Both the position numbers and the translations under genes were made by a program. Below the pieces are notes generated by a model. That model did not search any database. It had not been told where the DNA came from and saw nothing but the letters and a program-made list of their open reading frames with translations. This document shows positions 38,901 to 50,800 of a stretch of DNA of 64,000 bases, one piece after another. How positions within the stretch are numbered: the stretch's first letter is position 1; each line of letters opens with the position of its first letter. Source of the DNA: Dudresnaya verticillata (lineage: Eukaryota); assembly GCA_977862235.1 (NCBI GenBank), contig OZ374559.1, forward strand, positions 930,001 through 994,000, read 5' to 3'.

Positions 38901-40576
38901 AGAAACGAAGTAATAGTAGTCTTATCGCGGTCTTCCGGGGCAACCGGAATCTGCCAGTACCCACTGTTACAATCGAGTGTCGAAAAAATCGAAGCGTCTC
39001 CGAGTGAATCGATACAATCTTCCATCCGGGGAAGCGGGTACGCGTCGGATAGTGTCTTCGTATTGAGTCTTCGATAATCTACGCAAAAACGAAGTGTTAC
39101 GTCTTTCTTCGGTGCAAGGACTACGGGGGACGCCCACTCCGAGGTGGCTGGTTCGATTACTCTGGCTTCGAGCATACTGTCGATTTCGTTACGGACGATT
39201 TAACGTATTGTGGGCCTTTGACGATAGGGCATCGAACGAATAGGTCAAGTCCCGGGTTGTAGATCGATCCGATGCTCCGTGGCTGCGATCGTTCCGAGGT
39301 CTCCGTTCCACATCGATTCGTGCTTATGTAGCATCTCGAGGACCTCGTTTCGCATAGTTTCATCGGGTATGTTCGAAAGGTCTACGCGTTCTTCCCAATC
39401 GCGGGAACTCGAATTGGCTTCGGCTGCTGCAGTCGCGGCGCCCTTCGTGAGCGGTTTTTCCTTCGTGGATATGGATTCTTCGGGTGACTTCGAGTCGTCG
39501 TGCTCACGTAGCGTAGAGATGTTGAGCACCTTGGCAAACGAATCCGCGACTTCACGATCGGGTGTCAAAATCGCGAGCGGGTTTCGAGCTGCGTATCCGA
39601 TGACGGTTCCCTTCGGTAGAGCTCGAGGCTTATCCGTGAAGTTCGCCATCAACACCGAAAACTCGCGATTCGGACTGACTTCGTGTATCCCGTTCGTTAA
39701 CCGTACTCCGTGTCGGTGTTTTAACGAAGGCTTCGGTTCGATATGATTTAGTCCGAGGGCTTCCGAGGTCACGGTGACTAGCTTCTGCGAATAACTCGGT
39801 ATGGTGCCGCGGCGGTTCAAACAAATGGTACGGGTATCTCGGTCCCAATCGTGGAGCTCACGTTGGTGTCGCTGCGATAGCGTTTTCTCGAATTTCTGCT
39901 TCGGATTTTTCGAATTAGTAGCGGGTGGAGCCGATCCAGCAATGCGGTTGAAAATCGGAATCGTGCTTCCACTCTTCGTGATGAGCCTCCGTGGGCTGAG
40001 CTCGATGCTTCGTAAATGCGCGTCCATCCACGAAGTTCCAAGGAGAACGTCGACTGCGAGTTTCTCCGCAACCACGAAGGGTACGCGGTATCGAACGTTC
40101 CCAAGGCGGACTGTCAGGTAAACGATTCCATCGAGTCGCAACGGGGTGCGATCAGCGGACGCGAGCCTCGGAGCTGATTACATCGTGGACGCGTTCGCTT
40201 CCCAACCGGTGGGTAACGCAGCCCGGGCTATTAGGTTGTAACCGGAACACGTATCGACTGCAATCGTATGCGGCGTCATTACGGAGGCATCGAGGCCAAT
40301 GGATCCGGTCACGAGGAAGATCTCCGAAGTCATCAAGCAAACGTATCCCTCGGTGGTAACTTCGGATTCGATCTTCGAGATCGGTATCCTCTTCGAATTG
40401 TTTTCGCACGAAGCATCTTTGGCGAGGACTCGACATCGCTTTCGGTCTCGTCGTCGTGCGGCGCGCTTCCTTCGCATCGCAGCGGCTCTCGGAATCGGAA
40501 TACGCGGAGTGTCTCGGGGAACGGATTCAGACGAAGTACGTGACACAACGGGCGTCTTCTCCTTTACTCGTTTTCC
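35950..40576 (-). pseudogene. pol of element B (protease, RT, RNase H, integrase, chromodomain), multiply frameshifted
   Basis: AVDTCSGYNL, LRFCVDYRRLN, LDCNSGYWQI, YLED (variant of YLDD), NYSATERE, TDH, AIDILGP, SDNG, PQTNGQTE, EGPY. Chromodomain YVVDRILDH...KWDGY...TWE near 36120-36220. Confidence 0.95.
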
Positions 40577-43018
40577 GAACTCGAACTAGAATCCGAATTG
40601 CAAGCGTCCGCGTCCAATGGGGAGGTTGATCGATCACCTCTTCCGTTGTTCGCGGAGTCTTCGTAAGCCTCCGAGGGCAGGTTCGGGTGACTTGGCTCAA
40701 TCGCGTCAACATTTTCACGGACTGTGAGAACCTGTTGACGGCCCGGGGCCTGCGCGTGTCTCGGATTGCGGAGGACGGTAGGCGGCCCTCGACGCTCAAA
40801 GCTGACTTGACGCTGGGCTTGATCCCTCGGGTAGCGCGTATCGCCTTGACGAAGATCTCGGTTTACGCGATTGTCACGCGATCTTCGGGGGTCTTGTCCA
40901 CGGTGACCTCGATTGTCAACGGATGCGAACGAATTCCCTCTTGCGGCACCGCGATTCACGAAGTTATTACGCGTATACGGTCTCATCTCGAGTTGATAGA
41001 GATAGTTCTGATACGCGCAGTAGAGTTGTTGCTCCTTCGTGAGATACGGACACGAATAAATCAGGTGACCGATTTCGCGACAGAACCAACACGGCCACGC
41101 ATCCTGGTTCTTCGGGATCATCGAACGCGCTATCTCGATTTTCTCCGGGGTCATCAGGGGGACACGCGCGGGTACGAAACGCTCGATGCGACTCGTGAGA
41201 TCTAACGTATCGTCCACGGAGACCGTTGTCGAAGTAGTCGGTCTAGCGGATGTGGACCCGGTTCCTGAACGAATCATCATCACGGCCATTTGCGGATCTT
41301 CGTTCATCGGTTACTCGTATTCACTCCCGGGAGTGTCGCAAGCTTCGATAAGCATCGTGCGTCTGGGCGCTTGGCGACTCTTCGGGTACGTAGCGGACGC
41401 TCGGTTCTTCGAATCACGCGACTGTTGGGCCGCGGTGTCACGTAGTTCGCGAGCTAGGAATGTCGTGCCTTCGGCTTGCGCGATTCGTTGCACGCTCATA
41501 AAATTCTTTTGCTCGGACAGCGGTAGGCGTCGTACCTGGTCGGCCATGATAGGATACGTAGTAGGTAGTAATCCACGAATAAACTGGTGCGTTAACGAAG
41601 AGTCATCGTAGAAACCGGAGCAGATATCTACGTAGCCTTGCAAACGAGTCGCGAACTCCATCTCGGTTTCATCGGACTTCTGTTTCGCGGTTATCACGCG
41701 ATCGTGTGCGTCTGCGATTACGTCTTCAGTGAGAAATCGTTGTAGTAACACGTTCACGATCGCGGACCAGCAAACCGGGTTGCCCGTACGATCGCCTCCG
41801 AAGGCATAGTGTTGATACACCTTGAGCGCGGTCTCATCGAGAAACCACAAAATCGTATGAACTGCTGCTCCTTCGGTGAGCCCGACTCCGTTCAACGCTT
41901 GTCGAATATCACGAAGAAATGCGAGAACCTTAATCGGATCGCGTCCCGTAAACTTCTCCAGTCTCGGCATCATCGAACGCATGCGCGAAACGGTTTTCGA
42001 CGTGTTACCTCGGAATACTTCGTGTTGGTTATCCCGGGGTGACGAATTCGTGAGTCGATACGATCGATAGCTTACGGCCCGCGCGAATTCGGGAATGAGC
42101 GTCGCGAATTCGCGCGGGCCGTAAGCTATCGATCGTATCGACTCACGAATTCGATGACACGGGTCCCGCGAGCGCTAACGGATTTTCGATTACGGGTCCT
42201 CCGGGGGACATAGGTGGTTGAAGTGAAGCTCGGAATACTGCGGGGTTGATACGGGGGTTGTCGGAGGCATCGGTTGCCTGATTCGATAAGGGGTGCGGGG
42301 ACTGATTCGGATACGTGTTTTGCGGTAACGTAGATTGGGCACCCGGGCCTTGCACGGGTTGAACTAGCGGCGAATTGCGGGGGTCAGGACGGGCTTCGGG
42401 ATGACCTTCGCGACTTCGAGACTTCGGTAACGCTGCGGACACGATGTCACGAATAGCGTTCAACTGTTCCTCGGAGAATGCGTGCGAGCTGCGAACGGGA
42501 AGCGAGTGACTCCCCTTGCCCACGGGGGCGGATACGTTGCGCTCGAGCACGAGAAACCGATTGCTGACTCCCGAGACGAGATCCCGGAGACTCTCGAGTG
42601 AGTCTTCGATCCTACGGACCTTGCCAGCGCGGAGATTGTTGAACTCTTCGTGAACTCGATTGTGTGTATTACGGATTGAAAGCTGCGTGATACGGTACGC
42701 GGTAGAAAGCGCATCGATGACCTCTTCGTAGAGTAAACGTAGTTCTGAACCGGAGACTTCCTTAATCGAGAAGAGTCGATCGACGGTATCCGAGGGAACG
42801 ATTTCCAACGGAGTGTACGTATACGAAAGGTCGGACTGGCTACCGTAAGCCTGCGAACGCGAGTCTGTGCGAAGATCGGGTACCGTTATTCGTGAAGCGC
42901 GAGTGCGAGAAAACGGTTCTCGGTCACTCGCATTCGAGTCGAACAACGGGAGCTCCGGAATCGGTACGTCATCGGATTTCGGTACCGGCGAATCGGGGCG
43001 CCTCGGAGCGTGAGACAT
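40564..43018 (-). pseudogene. gag of element B with CCHC zinc knuckle, broken by a 49-nt inverted duplication and a premature stop at 41311
   Basis: FTGRDPIKVLAFL and EGAAV align with gag of element C. Knuckle CWFCREIGHLIYSC. Confidence 0.9.
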
Positions 43019-43070
43019 CGTGTCTCGGATAGAAACGAATTAAGAATAAATGCGAAACTTCGGGACCACG

Positions 43071-43088
43071 TTCTAGGTCGGGAGACCA
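43071..43088 (-). promoter_or_regulatory. Primer binding site of element B (probably tRNA-Tyr)
   Basis: TGGTCTCCCGACCTAGAA begins 1 nt after the 5' LTR and is identical to the PBS of element C. Confidence 0.9.
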
Positions 43089-43089
43089 G

Positions 43090-43932
43090 TGTGGTATAAC
43101 GAAGTCCACGGTGACGCGGGGAAGTCTCGCAGTGTAAGGAATGGCCTCGGAGCCAAACGAATGGCCTCGTAGCCTAACGGAGAAACGAAAAGGGGTGGTA
43201 GCGTGGTAGAGCGGAGCGACCAACACGAAGGACCACGGTGTCAACGTATTCGTGTGCGGAAGGGAGAAATCGAGCGATCGATCACCGGGGATGACTCCGG
43301 GTGCGTGGGGCTATCGAAAACGAGGCTCGACCGTATCCGCGGTCACGAAGACGAGGACACCGAGCTCGAAGAAAAAGGGGTTTACCGAAGACTCCGAGGT
43401 CCGGGCGCTAGTCGCTTATCGGAAACCCTGGAAGGTTGTGCCAGACGACTGGCTAAGTAATACTACGTGAGCACGAATGCACGTCAACGCGGGAGACGGT
43501 TCGTACTCGAATGATTCGTAACGGCCTCGGTGCCAACGAACGGTCGCCTCACGTATGGTGGCGGTTGCGAAGTGCGCCAGCGATGCATACGGAGGTGCGC
43601 GTGTCTCGTGGGCCCCGGTGCCTTTATGCGCGGGAAACAACGGGAAAGTCACGAAGGTGTCAGCGATTTCGTATCGGGTGCGCACTGTAATGCGAATGCC
43701 ATCGTGGCGCGCGCGATGATGAAGTCGGCTCGGGATTCGTCCGGAGGTGTCAGCGATTTCGTATCACGTGCGTGCTGTAATGCGAATGCCATCGTGGCGC
43801 GCGCACAGTATGCGCACTGTAATACGATTGCCATCGTGGCGTGCGCATTCACGGAGTCATTTCGAAATTCGTATTTCTTGATTATTTTCACGTAGGTCAC
43901 GGAGTCGTTTCACGGATAGCGTCTATACCACA
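43090..43932 (-). repeat. 5' LTR of element B, 843 bp
   Basis: TGTGGTATA...TATACCACA termini, followed on the minus strand by the PBS and gag. Confidence 0.95.
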
Positions 43933-44693
43933 CAGCCATATCACCCGGGCGGTGGTGCGCCTGTCATTCCTTACAGAGGACTCGTGTCCACGCGGCTCCT
44001 TACAGGCCGTCAACGCCCGTTGTACCACATCAGGTGCAAACATGCAGATGCTGTGCCGACTTCAACTTATCATCACATCATGCACACATCAGAATCGGTG
44101 ACATGACATTGAGAAGCAACGGAATAATTTCATTGTCAAACGGTCTTTAAGCAAAAGATTGGTTTCAAGTTGATGAGCATGCGGTAATATGTATCGGAAA
44201 ATGTTTATGTCTGTGGCCGCAATTTCAGGTTGGCCTGTCTCATAGTGGGTTTATTATTGAAACAAGTTTTGTTTTACATCGTGAATCGATGCCCTCTTCC
44301 GCCCCCGTCCTCGAGTGAGCGACGACTGATAAAGAGTCTCGCCTCCCACCGACCCTCGGCGGGGTCGCTCAGAGCGGCCAAACAAAGGGGTGAAGTCCCC
44401 CTGCCATAACTGACATCCTAAAATATCATTAAATCTAAGACATACGCCAACATCAAATCACTCGCGATCTGGCGCCAAAGACAAATGCGCGCAATTATAA
44501 AGGAAAAGTACATAAAGGGCGCAATACGAACCCGTTCGTATTGCGCTGCACCCCTACCCTGGAGAGCAATCCGGACGAAATCGACGCTGGCGCACCAGCC
44601 AGGGCCACTGACGTAAGCGCGTTACTCGCCCGGCCTGTCGGCGCGAGTACGACACTGTATGACAAATTCCTATAGTGGACACTCCGTGCGTTG

Positions 44694-45211
44694 TGTAAGG
44701 AAGTACCTTTTGGGTCTCTTGTGAACTCAAAGAGTGCACTCAATGAGAAAGCCACAGAGCGGGTACCTGGTAGCGGTGGTAGAGCGGGAGGAACCCAGAG
44801 GGTAGACAGGGCACGTAACCTGATTGGAAGCACGATACTGAAGGTAGTTCACTGGGCGGGGGGTTAACCGGGCACGGGTGACAAGTGTGCTGCGGTGCCG
44901 ATAGCTTGGAGACGTAGTTGGGGCCGGAAGGTGCTTACCTTTACTGTTCAGTGACCGCTACGGGAGATACCCTTATATGGTACTCCGACTGTCAGGCAGC
45001 AACCCTCATACTGGGCTATATACACGCCCCCTATCCTAAGCTATAATTTCTAAAATAAATACACAGATACTAAGCTACTGACCTGCAGAGTGACACTTGG
45101 ACCAATCATAGGCTACCCGTCTTGTCCCTGCTGGCGCCCTACAGGTAATGCTATTTCCGCGTATACACGGGGGCAGAGGGCCCACTTCTGTAAGCCCTTC
45201 ACTGTATTACA
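44694..45211 (-). repeat. 3' LTR of element C (518 bp)
   Basis: TGTAA...TTACA termini. Differs from 54054-54572 by about 3 substitutions and 1 indel by eye. Confidence 0.96.
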
Positions 45212-45214
45212 GAG

Positions 45215-45224
45215 CCCCCCCCCC
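45215..45224 (-). promoter_or_regulatory. Polypurine tract (G10) of element C
   Basis: C run on the plus strand, 3 nt from the 3' LTR. Confidence 0.8.
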
Positions 45225-45398
45225 GAGATTGCGGCCCGTCCTCGGGACGCCAGGGCAGCCTGCACGTGTTTCGCGCGAAATCATAACCGTTTGGTATCCA
45301 GACGGCTCGACGCCCATGACCGTCGTCGGCCGGCAATCGATCCCGCGTGCAGCAGTACTTCTCTTCCGCAGCAGCATCACCTCAAAGGTTTTTCCAAC

Positions 45399-47626
45399 AT
45401 GGTCCCACGTCAACCGCAACCAACACCACGCCGTTCACCACCCCGTCGTCGTCGTCTCTCCAACCCCGACGTGGTCGTTCCAGTCACGCCTTGCGTAAGC
45501 CGCGGAGGTTACTACGCCGCGATGGCCCAGTCTTCCCCCATGGGTGGCCATGGCGGTTTGTCGGCGTTTTCCAACCAGGAGGTGCTGGAGCAGTTTCCAC
45601 TCCAAGGTTACCTCGTGGACACTCATCCGGACACCTACCGCTTCCGGGCGATCCCCGAGGGTAAGCGCGAGAACCAGTGGGTTGCGCATCTGCGTCACTG
45701 TCCGCCGAGCGTCCTCGTTCCAAACCACTATGGTAGTGACCTCAAGTGGCTGCGTGTCGGGTTCGAAGAAGACTACGTCCCCTCCCTCTACCGCTTCCTT
45801 GAGGGTAACCAGTGGGTGAACGAGATCAAGTTACTTCCTGAGTCACTCCTGGAGTCGAAGCCTTTTCCCGACCTGTGGTGGTTGACCGAGCGGTGGGCCG
45901 TGGACATCTGGACGGAGACGCGCATCCGCAACCGTACCGATGGTCTCCTAGCGGGGTTTCACAACGTCGAAATGTGGAATATCCCCATGGGTCGGCGTCG
46001 TGATTACTATGTGAAGAACCCAGCTGGTGGAACGCCATCGAAGGTCCACGCTCCTTGCCGTCGTTAACTCCGGGAGTGTTGGCGTACTTCGGCGCCCATG
46101 CGCGGGACTCGGCGGCGAAGTGGTATTACCCGGTGTGGTCAATCGCCAAAACCGAGCAGGTACTCCACGTAGCGCTCGCCTTCCTTCAGGCAGCCTACTT
46201 TGGCATGTGGGACTCGACGCCCTATACCGAAGCTGGTTATCATACCCAAGATGGTCTACCGGATGGTCGTCTCTTCCGCTTGTCTAAGACAATCATCGAG
46301 GCCATTCGCACCCTCGGGGTTGACCTGATTTGTGGGGGTAGTACCTTTGCGGGTGAGGACTTGGCGGGACTACTAACCGCATCGGAGACCTTCAAGTGGG
46401 CTGCCGGCGAGGTTTGGGTTGCATATGACCCTGAGATTGCCGAAGCGGTTGACCGATTTGGTAGGCGACATATCGTTGATAACCGTCCTGGTCCGCCTCT
46501 CTACTCTTTTGGTGAGGCCGGGGGTATGGGTCGTGGCTGGGGTCACATGGGGCCGAACTCGGAGAGAAACCAAGTGGTCGACGACGATGAGGCGCCCACC
46601 TACAGTGGTTACCCCGACCGGGCGCGAGCAGTGTCAGGGCCAGTGACTCCGGCGAGGACTGCGCGCCTGGGTCTGGGGGCGCGTCCGGGGACTCCAAAGC
46701 CACGAGCGGCACCGGGGACAGTAACGCAAATGCGTGAGGCGCGTCCGGCGACACCCGCACGGGCACCCTCCACTGGCTTACCACCGATGGTAACTCGCGA
46801 AGCGGCGGCTGGACAAGTTAACCCATTGGCTTCACCGAGTGGTCCCTCTTGTGCAGCGACGGTCCCAGCTGGAATGACCCTTTCTACCTCTGGTCACCTT
46901 AAATTTGGTCGACTTCAAGAGGCGTGTCGCGCTGCAAAGGTTCCGGTACCGGAAACTGTAGAGGAGGCTCTGGATGCCGCTCGGGAGTGGGTGTCGAAGG
47001 AGGCCCTCCTGACCTGGTTACTCCGGGAGGTGGCCCAGATGGGGAACTTCCAAGTGAACCAACTCGGTAACCATATGGCAACGATGGACCGTTTGGGAAC
47101 CGAAGTGGCCAACGTCCGGGCGTCTCTTGCGAGCATGGCGGCGGCGATGCCGCAGAACTCCACGAGTTTCGTCACCTCCCGTACCAAGTTCACCCGGGAG
47201 GTCTTACGCAAGAGCGATATTCAGCCGAAGGCTTCCGCTCATGGCGCGACCGATTCGCTAACCCAAGTGGTGAACTATCAACCGGGTGACCCTTTGGCTC
47301 TGGCGTCGCCGGGGCCCGCTCAGGGAGCTGAGCGGCAATCCGCTGCTCCGTCGGATATTACCAAGATGGTTGTGGGGGGGCCGCCTAAGGAGACTCCAGC
47401 TGGCTCCTCTACCTATCAAGTGACGCAGCCTCTTCCTGCCGGGGTTACTACCAGTGTGGCTACTCCCGTGGAGGTAGGGAGCCGAGCGGCGCTGCCCGAA
47501 GCGACTCCTAGAGTTATCACACCTGCGGAGACTCGTAGGGCGTCTCCTTTCCAACCCCGTCGCCTTGCGTCTTCTCGTTCGGGCGACTTCGAGGAGTCGG
47601 TTAGGAAACGTTCCCGTTACCAGTAG
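45399..47626 (+). pseudogene. Antisense accessory ORF of element C (one frameshift near 46040-46060)
   Basis: ORFs 45090-46067 and 46055-47626 join into one protein-like sequence ending RKRSRYQ. AATAAA at 47671. Shares motifs with the ORFs of A and B. Confidence 0.7.
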
Positions 47627-47862
47627 TTACTATAATTAGATGAGCCTCTAGGGTGACCTGACGAGTGTCCAATAAAACATCTTCTGTCTTGTGATGTATC
47701 TCCCTGTGTGGCTGTCCTTTGTCTTGGTTTCTAAAAGAGTACAGTGTACTGTAGGCAAGTGGCGTAGAATAAATAGAAAAAATGAAGAGGGGGTAAGACC
47801 TAGTGCCGATTCATTTGACTCCATGAGATAACGCCGTCGCGAGACCTGTTGATTGGGTGACG

Positions 47863-50800
47863 CTAACTCCCTGAGTGACGCTTCACGAGATACTTTGGAG
47901 TCTGCGAAAATCCACGAAGTCTACACCCCCCAGCTCCAGGCGGTGGCGTCTTGTCAAGCCGGTGCCAGTAGCGTAACACAAAGTTGTGAGGGATGTGCGC
48001 GGCTGGCTCCCAAGTATCGTCGTTAGGGGCATAACCATACCAGCGAACCTTATATTGGTAACCACTGTCGGTGACACGGTGCTTAACCAAGTGGTCAACT
48101 GTATAGTAATCCGAGTGGGTGGTCGCCGTAGGCAGCGAAGGAGCCGATGGTGGATCCTGAGTAATTTCCGGGTCGTCGAGAGGGGCGCGGGGACCACGAT
48201 GAGGGTCAACCGAAATGCGGTCTTGTGAAACGGTATTAAAAAGTCCATATTGCTTAATAGTAACCGTATGGTTGGCATGAACGGCGGTAACCAGAAAGGG
48301 TCCGGTCGCTTTGGGCAAAAGTTTCCTAGAAAGGTTCTGCTCCTCGGCGGGGTCGACGAGGGAAGCCTGTCGTTCACCAACTTGGCGTTTAGTGAACTTG
48401 GGGCGATCGAGGTAAACCCACTCACCAACAGTAACCGAGAAAGGCCGTGCCACGGAGGTGTCAAAGGCAGATTTGTAACGTTGTTGGGCAGCCGTAAGGG
48501 TGACCTTAGCGGTAGCAATAGCCTGTTGAAGTTTCCGAATGGTTAAACGCTTAACCGAAGCAGCGGTGAGTTGCGAATCCAATTGATTGGTAACACCCGT
48601 TGTGGGAGAACCCTGTAGAGGTATAACCGAAGGTTGCCGGGATAGGACGAGATCAAAGGGCGAGGTACCCGTAGAGCGGTGAACCTGAAGGTTGTACGCA
48701 TAGGTAAGCGGATGTACGTAACTGTCCCAGTCGCGCTGATGATCTGCGACGTAATGACGTAACCGCTGGACAAGGGTCTTATTGAACCGTTCGACCTGAT
48801 CATTGGTCTGGGGGTGGTAAGCGGTTGTAAATAGCTGACGTAACCCCAGGGTTTGGCAGATCGTGGCAAAGAACTTTGACACGAACTGTGGACCATTATC
48901 GGAAAGCACATATAGCGGAACACCGTAAGGGTAGACCCAGTGGTCGAGAAAAGCTTGCGCAACCGTACGGGCATTGGTATTCCGTAAAGGTATGGCGCGC
49001 GTAAGCTTAGAAAACCGGTCGGTAATATCCAAGACGAAACGGTTACCGTGTTCTGTTTTCGGAAAAGGCCCCGCGAGGTCCATAGCAAGGAATTCCAGTG
49101 GCCCAGCGGCGGGAAATAACTTAAGGTAGTTCTGATGTTTCCGTAAGGTACCCCGATTTTGGACACACTTAGTACAGTCACCCACAACGGCATATGCGTC
49201 ATTAGCCATATAAGGCCAATAAAAACTGTCGCCGGAGGGTATAATACATTCTTGAACCACCAGGGTGTCCGGAAAGGAGAGGATAGTGGGCCAAGTATAG
49301 GATACGGGGACGCAGGGACTTTGGCACCACTATCTGAAGTGCTCCGTCGAGTGTCGCTTGGCGGATTAGAAAACCATTATGGTCCCACTGGATTTGAGAG
49401 CCCGCTATACCAACTTGGTTAGCCATCTTTTGGCAATACTCATCCCGTGATTGTGCCTCTAGGAGTTCTGCTTGCTAACCTGACGGGGTAAACCTTTTTG
49501 GTTTGCCAAGTCACGGACGGTCGGTAAATTGAGCTGACGCGGGGTGCTATTTTCAACCGCGAGGGTAAAGCAGGGGATGTCATCGTCCAATGGGGTTTGG
49601 TCACTCCCTGGAGTCGAAAGCCTTGAAATGGTGTCCGCCAAATGATGTTCCCTTCCAGGATTGTAGGTGACTAGGAAGTCGAACTCCGAGAGTCTTAAAC
49701 GCCAACGTGCTAGGCGACCCGATGCATCCGAGAGGTTTAACAACCACTGAAGGGGTTCGTGGTCGGTTCTAACCGTAAAGCGGTCACCTTCAAGGTAAGG
49801 TCGGAGTGTTAAAAGACTCCATACAACGGCGAGACATTCCCGCTCGGTAGCCGAATAATTACGCTCAGCGGAATTAAGAGTGCGACTCCAATAACCAATA
49901 GGCAGCTTATCCCCTTGTTCGGTTTCTTGAAGTAAACAACAACCAACCTGAAGGTCGCACGCATCGGTATCTACGTAATAACGGAATCCCTTTCGAGGTA
50001 ACGCCAATATGGGTGCCGTTAAAAGACGACGCCGGAGTTCGTCGAAGGCGTCGTATTCATCCTCTGCGAGTGACTCAAAAGTGAAGGGTTGATCCTTGCG
50101 GAGTTTTCTGGAGAGCGGAGACGCAATGCGTGCATAATTAGGGACGAAGCGTCGATAGACGTTACATACTCCAAGAAATGACCTTAACTCGGTTTGATCC
50201 GTGGGAGGTTTCGCCTGGCGTAGTGCGGTAACGTTCTTGGAGGCGACTTACAGCTTTCCTGGGCGTATGACATGGCCGAGGTAATCGACGGACGCCCCGA
50301 AGAACTTACACTTAGATAACTTAAGAGAAACCCCTGCGGTTCTTAGTAGATCAAGCACAGTACCTAAATGGTGGAAGTGGTCATTAATACTCCGAGAGTA
50401 CACGATAACGTCGTCGAGGTAAACCAAAGCGTATTGCCACTTGCATCGAGATAAGATAATGTCGACTGCCCGTTGGAATGTGGCGGGCGCATTCTTGAGA
50501 CCAAATGGCATCCTGATAAAACGGTATAACCCTTCGTGGCAGGTGAACGTCGTCTTTTCGCGATCGTCGGGATCGACTTCAACTTGCCAATAGCCACTAT
50601 TACAGTCGAGCGTCGTAAATATCTTAGCGTCTCCCAGCGAGTCAATACATTCGTCCATTCGAGGTAACGGATATGAATCTCTCCGAGTAATACTATTAAG
50701 TCGGCGATAGTCGACGCAAGAACGTAGAGACCCATCAGGTTTGGACACCAGGACGACGGGACTGGCCCATTCTGCCCCAGAGGGTTCAATAACGCCTTCG

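Larger units (their letters stand above)
31167..43932 (-). mobile_element. Ty3/Gypsy chromovirus-like element B with inverted LTRs and an antisense ORF
   Basis: PBS-gag-PR-RT-RH-IN-chromodomain on the minus strand. 843-bp LTRs in opposite orientation. TSD CAGCC at 31162-31166 and 43933-43937. Confidence 0.92.
30532..44029 (-). repeat. Solo LTR of family D, split by element B (30532-31166 and 43933-44029)
   Basis: TGTAGTA...TACCACA termini, TSD TCAGG at 30527-30531 and 44030-44034. It is the reverse-complement homolog of 54993-55718. Confidence 0.92.
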
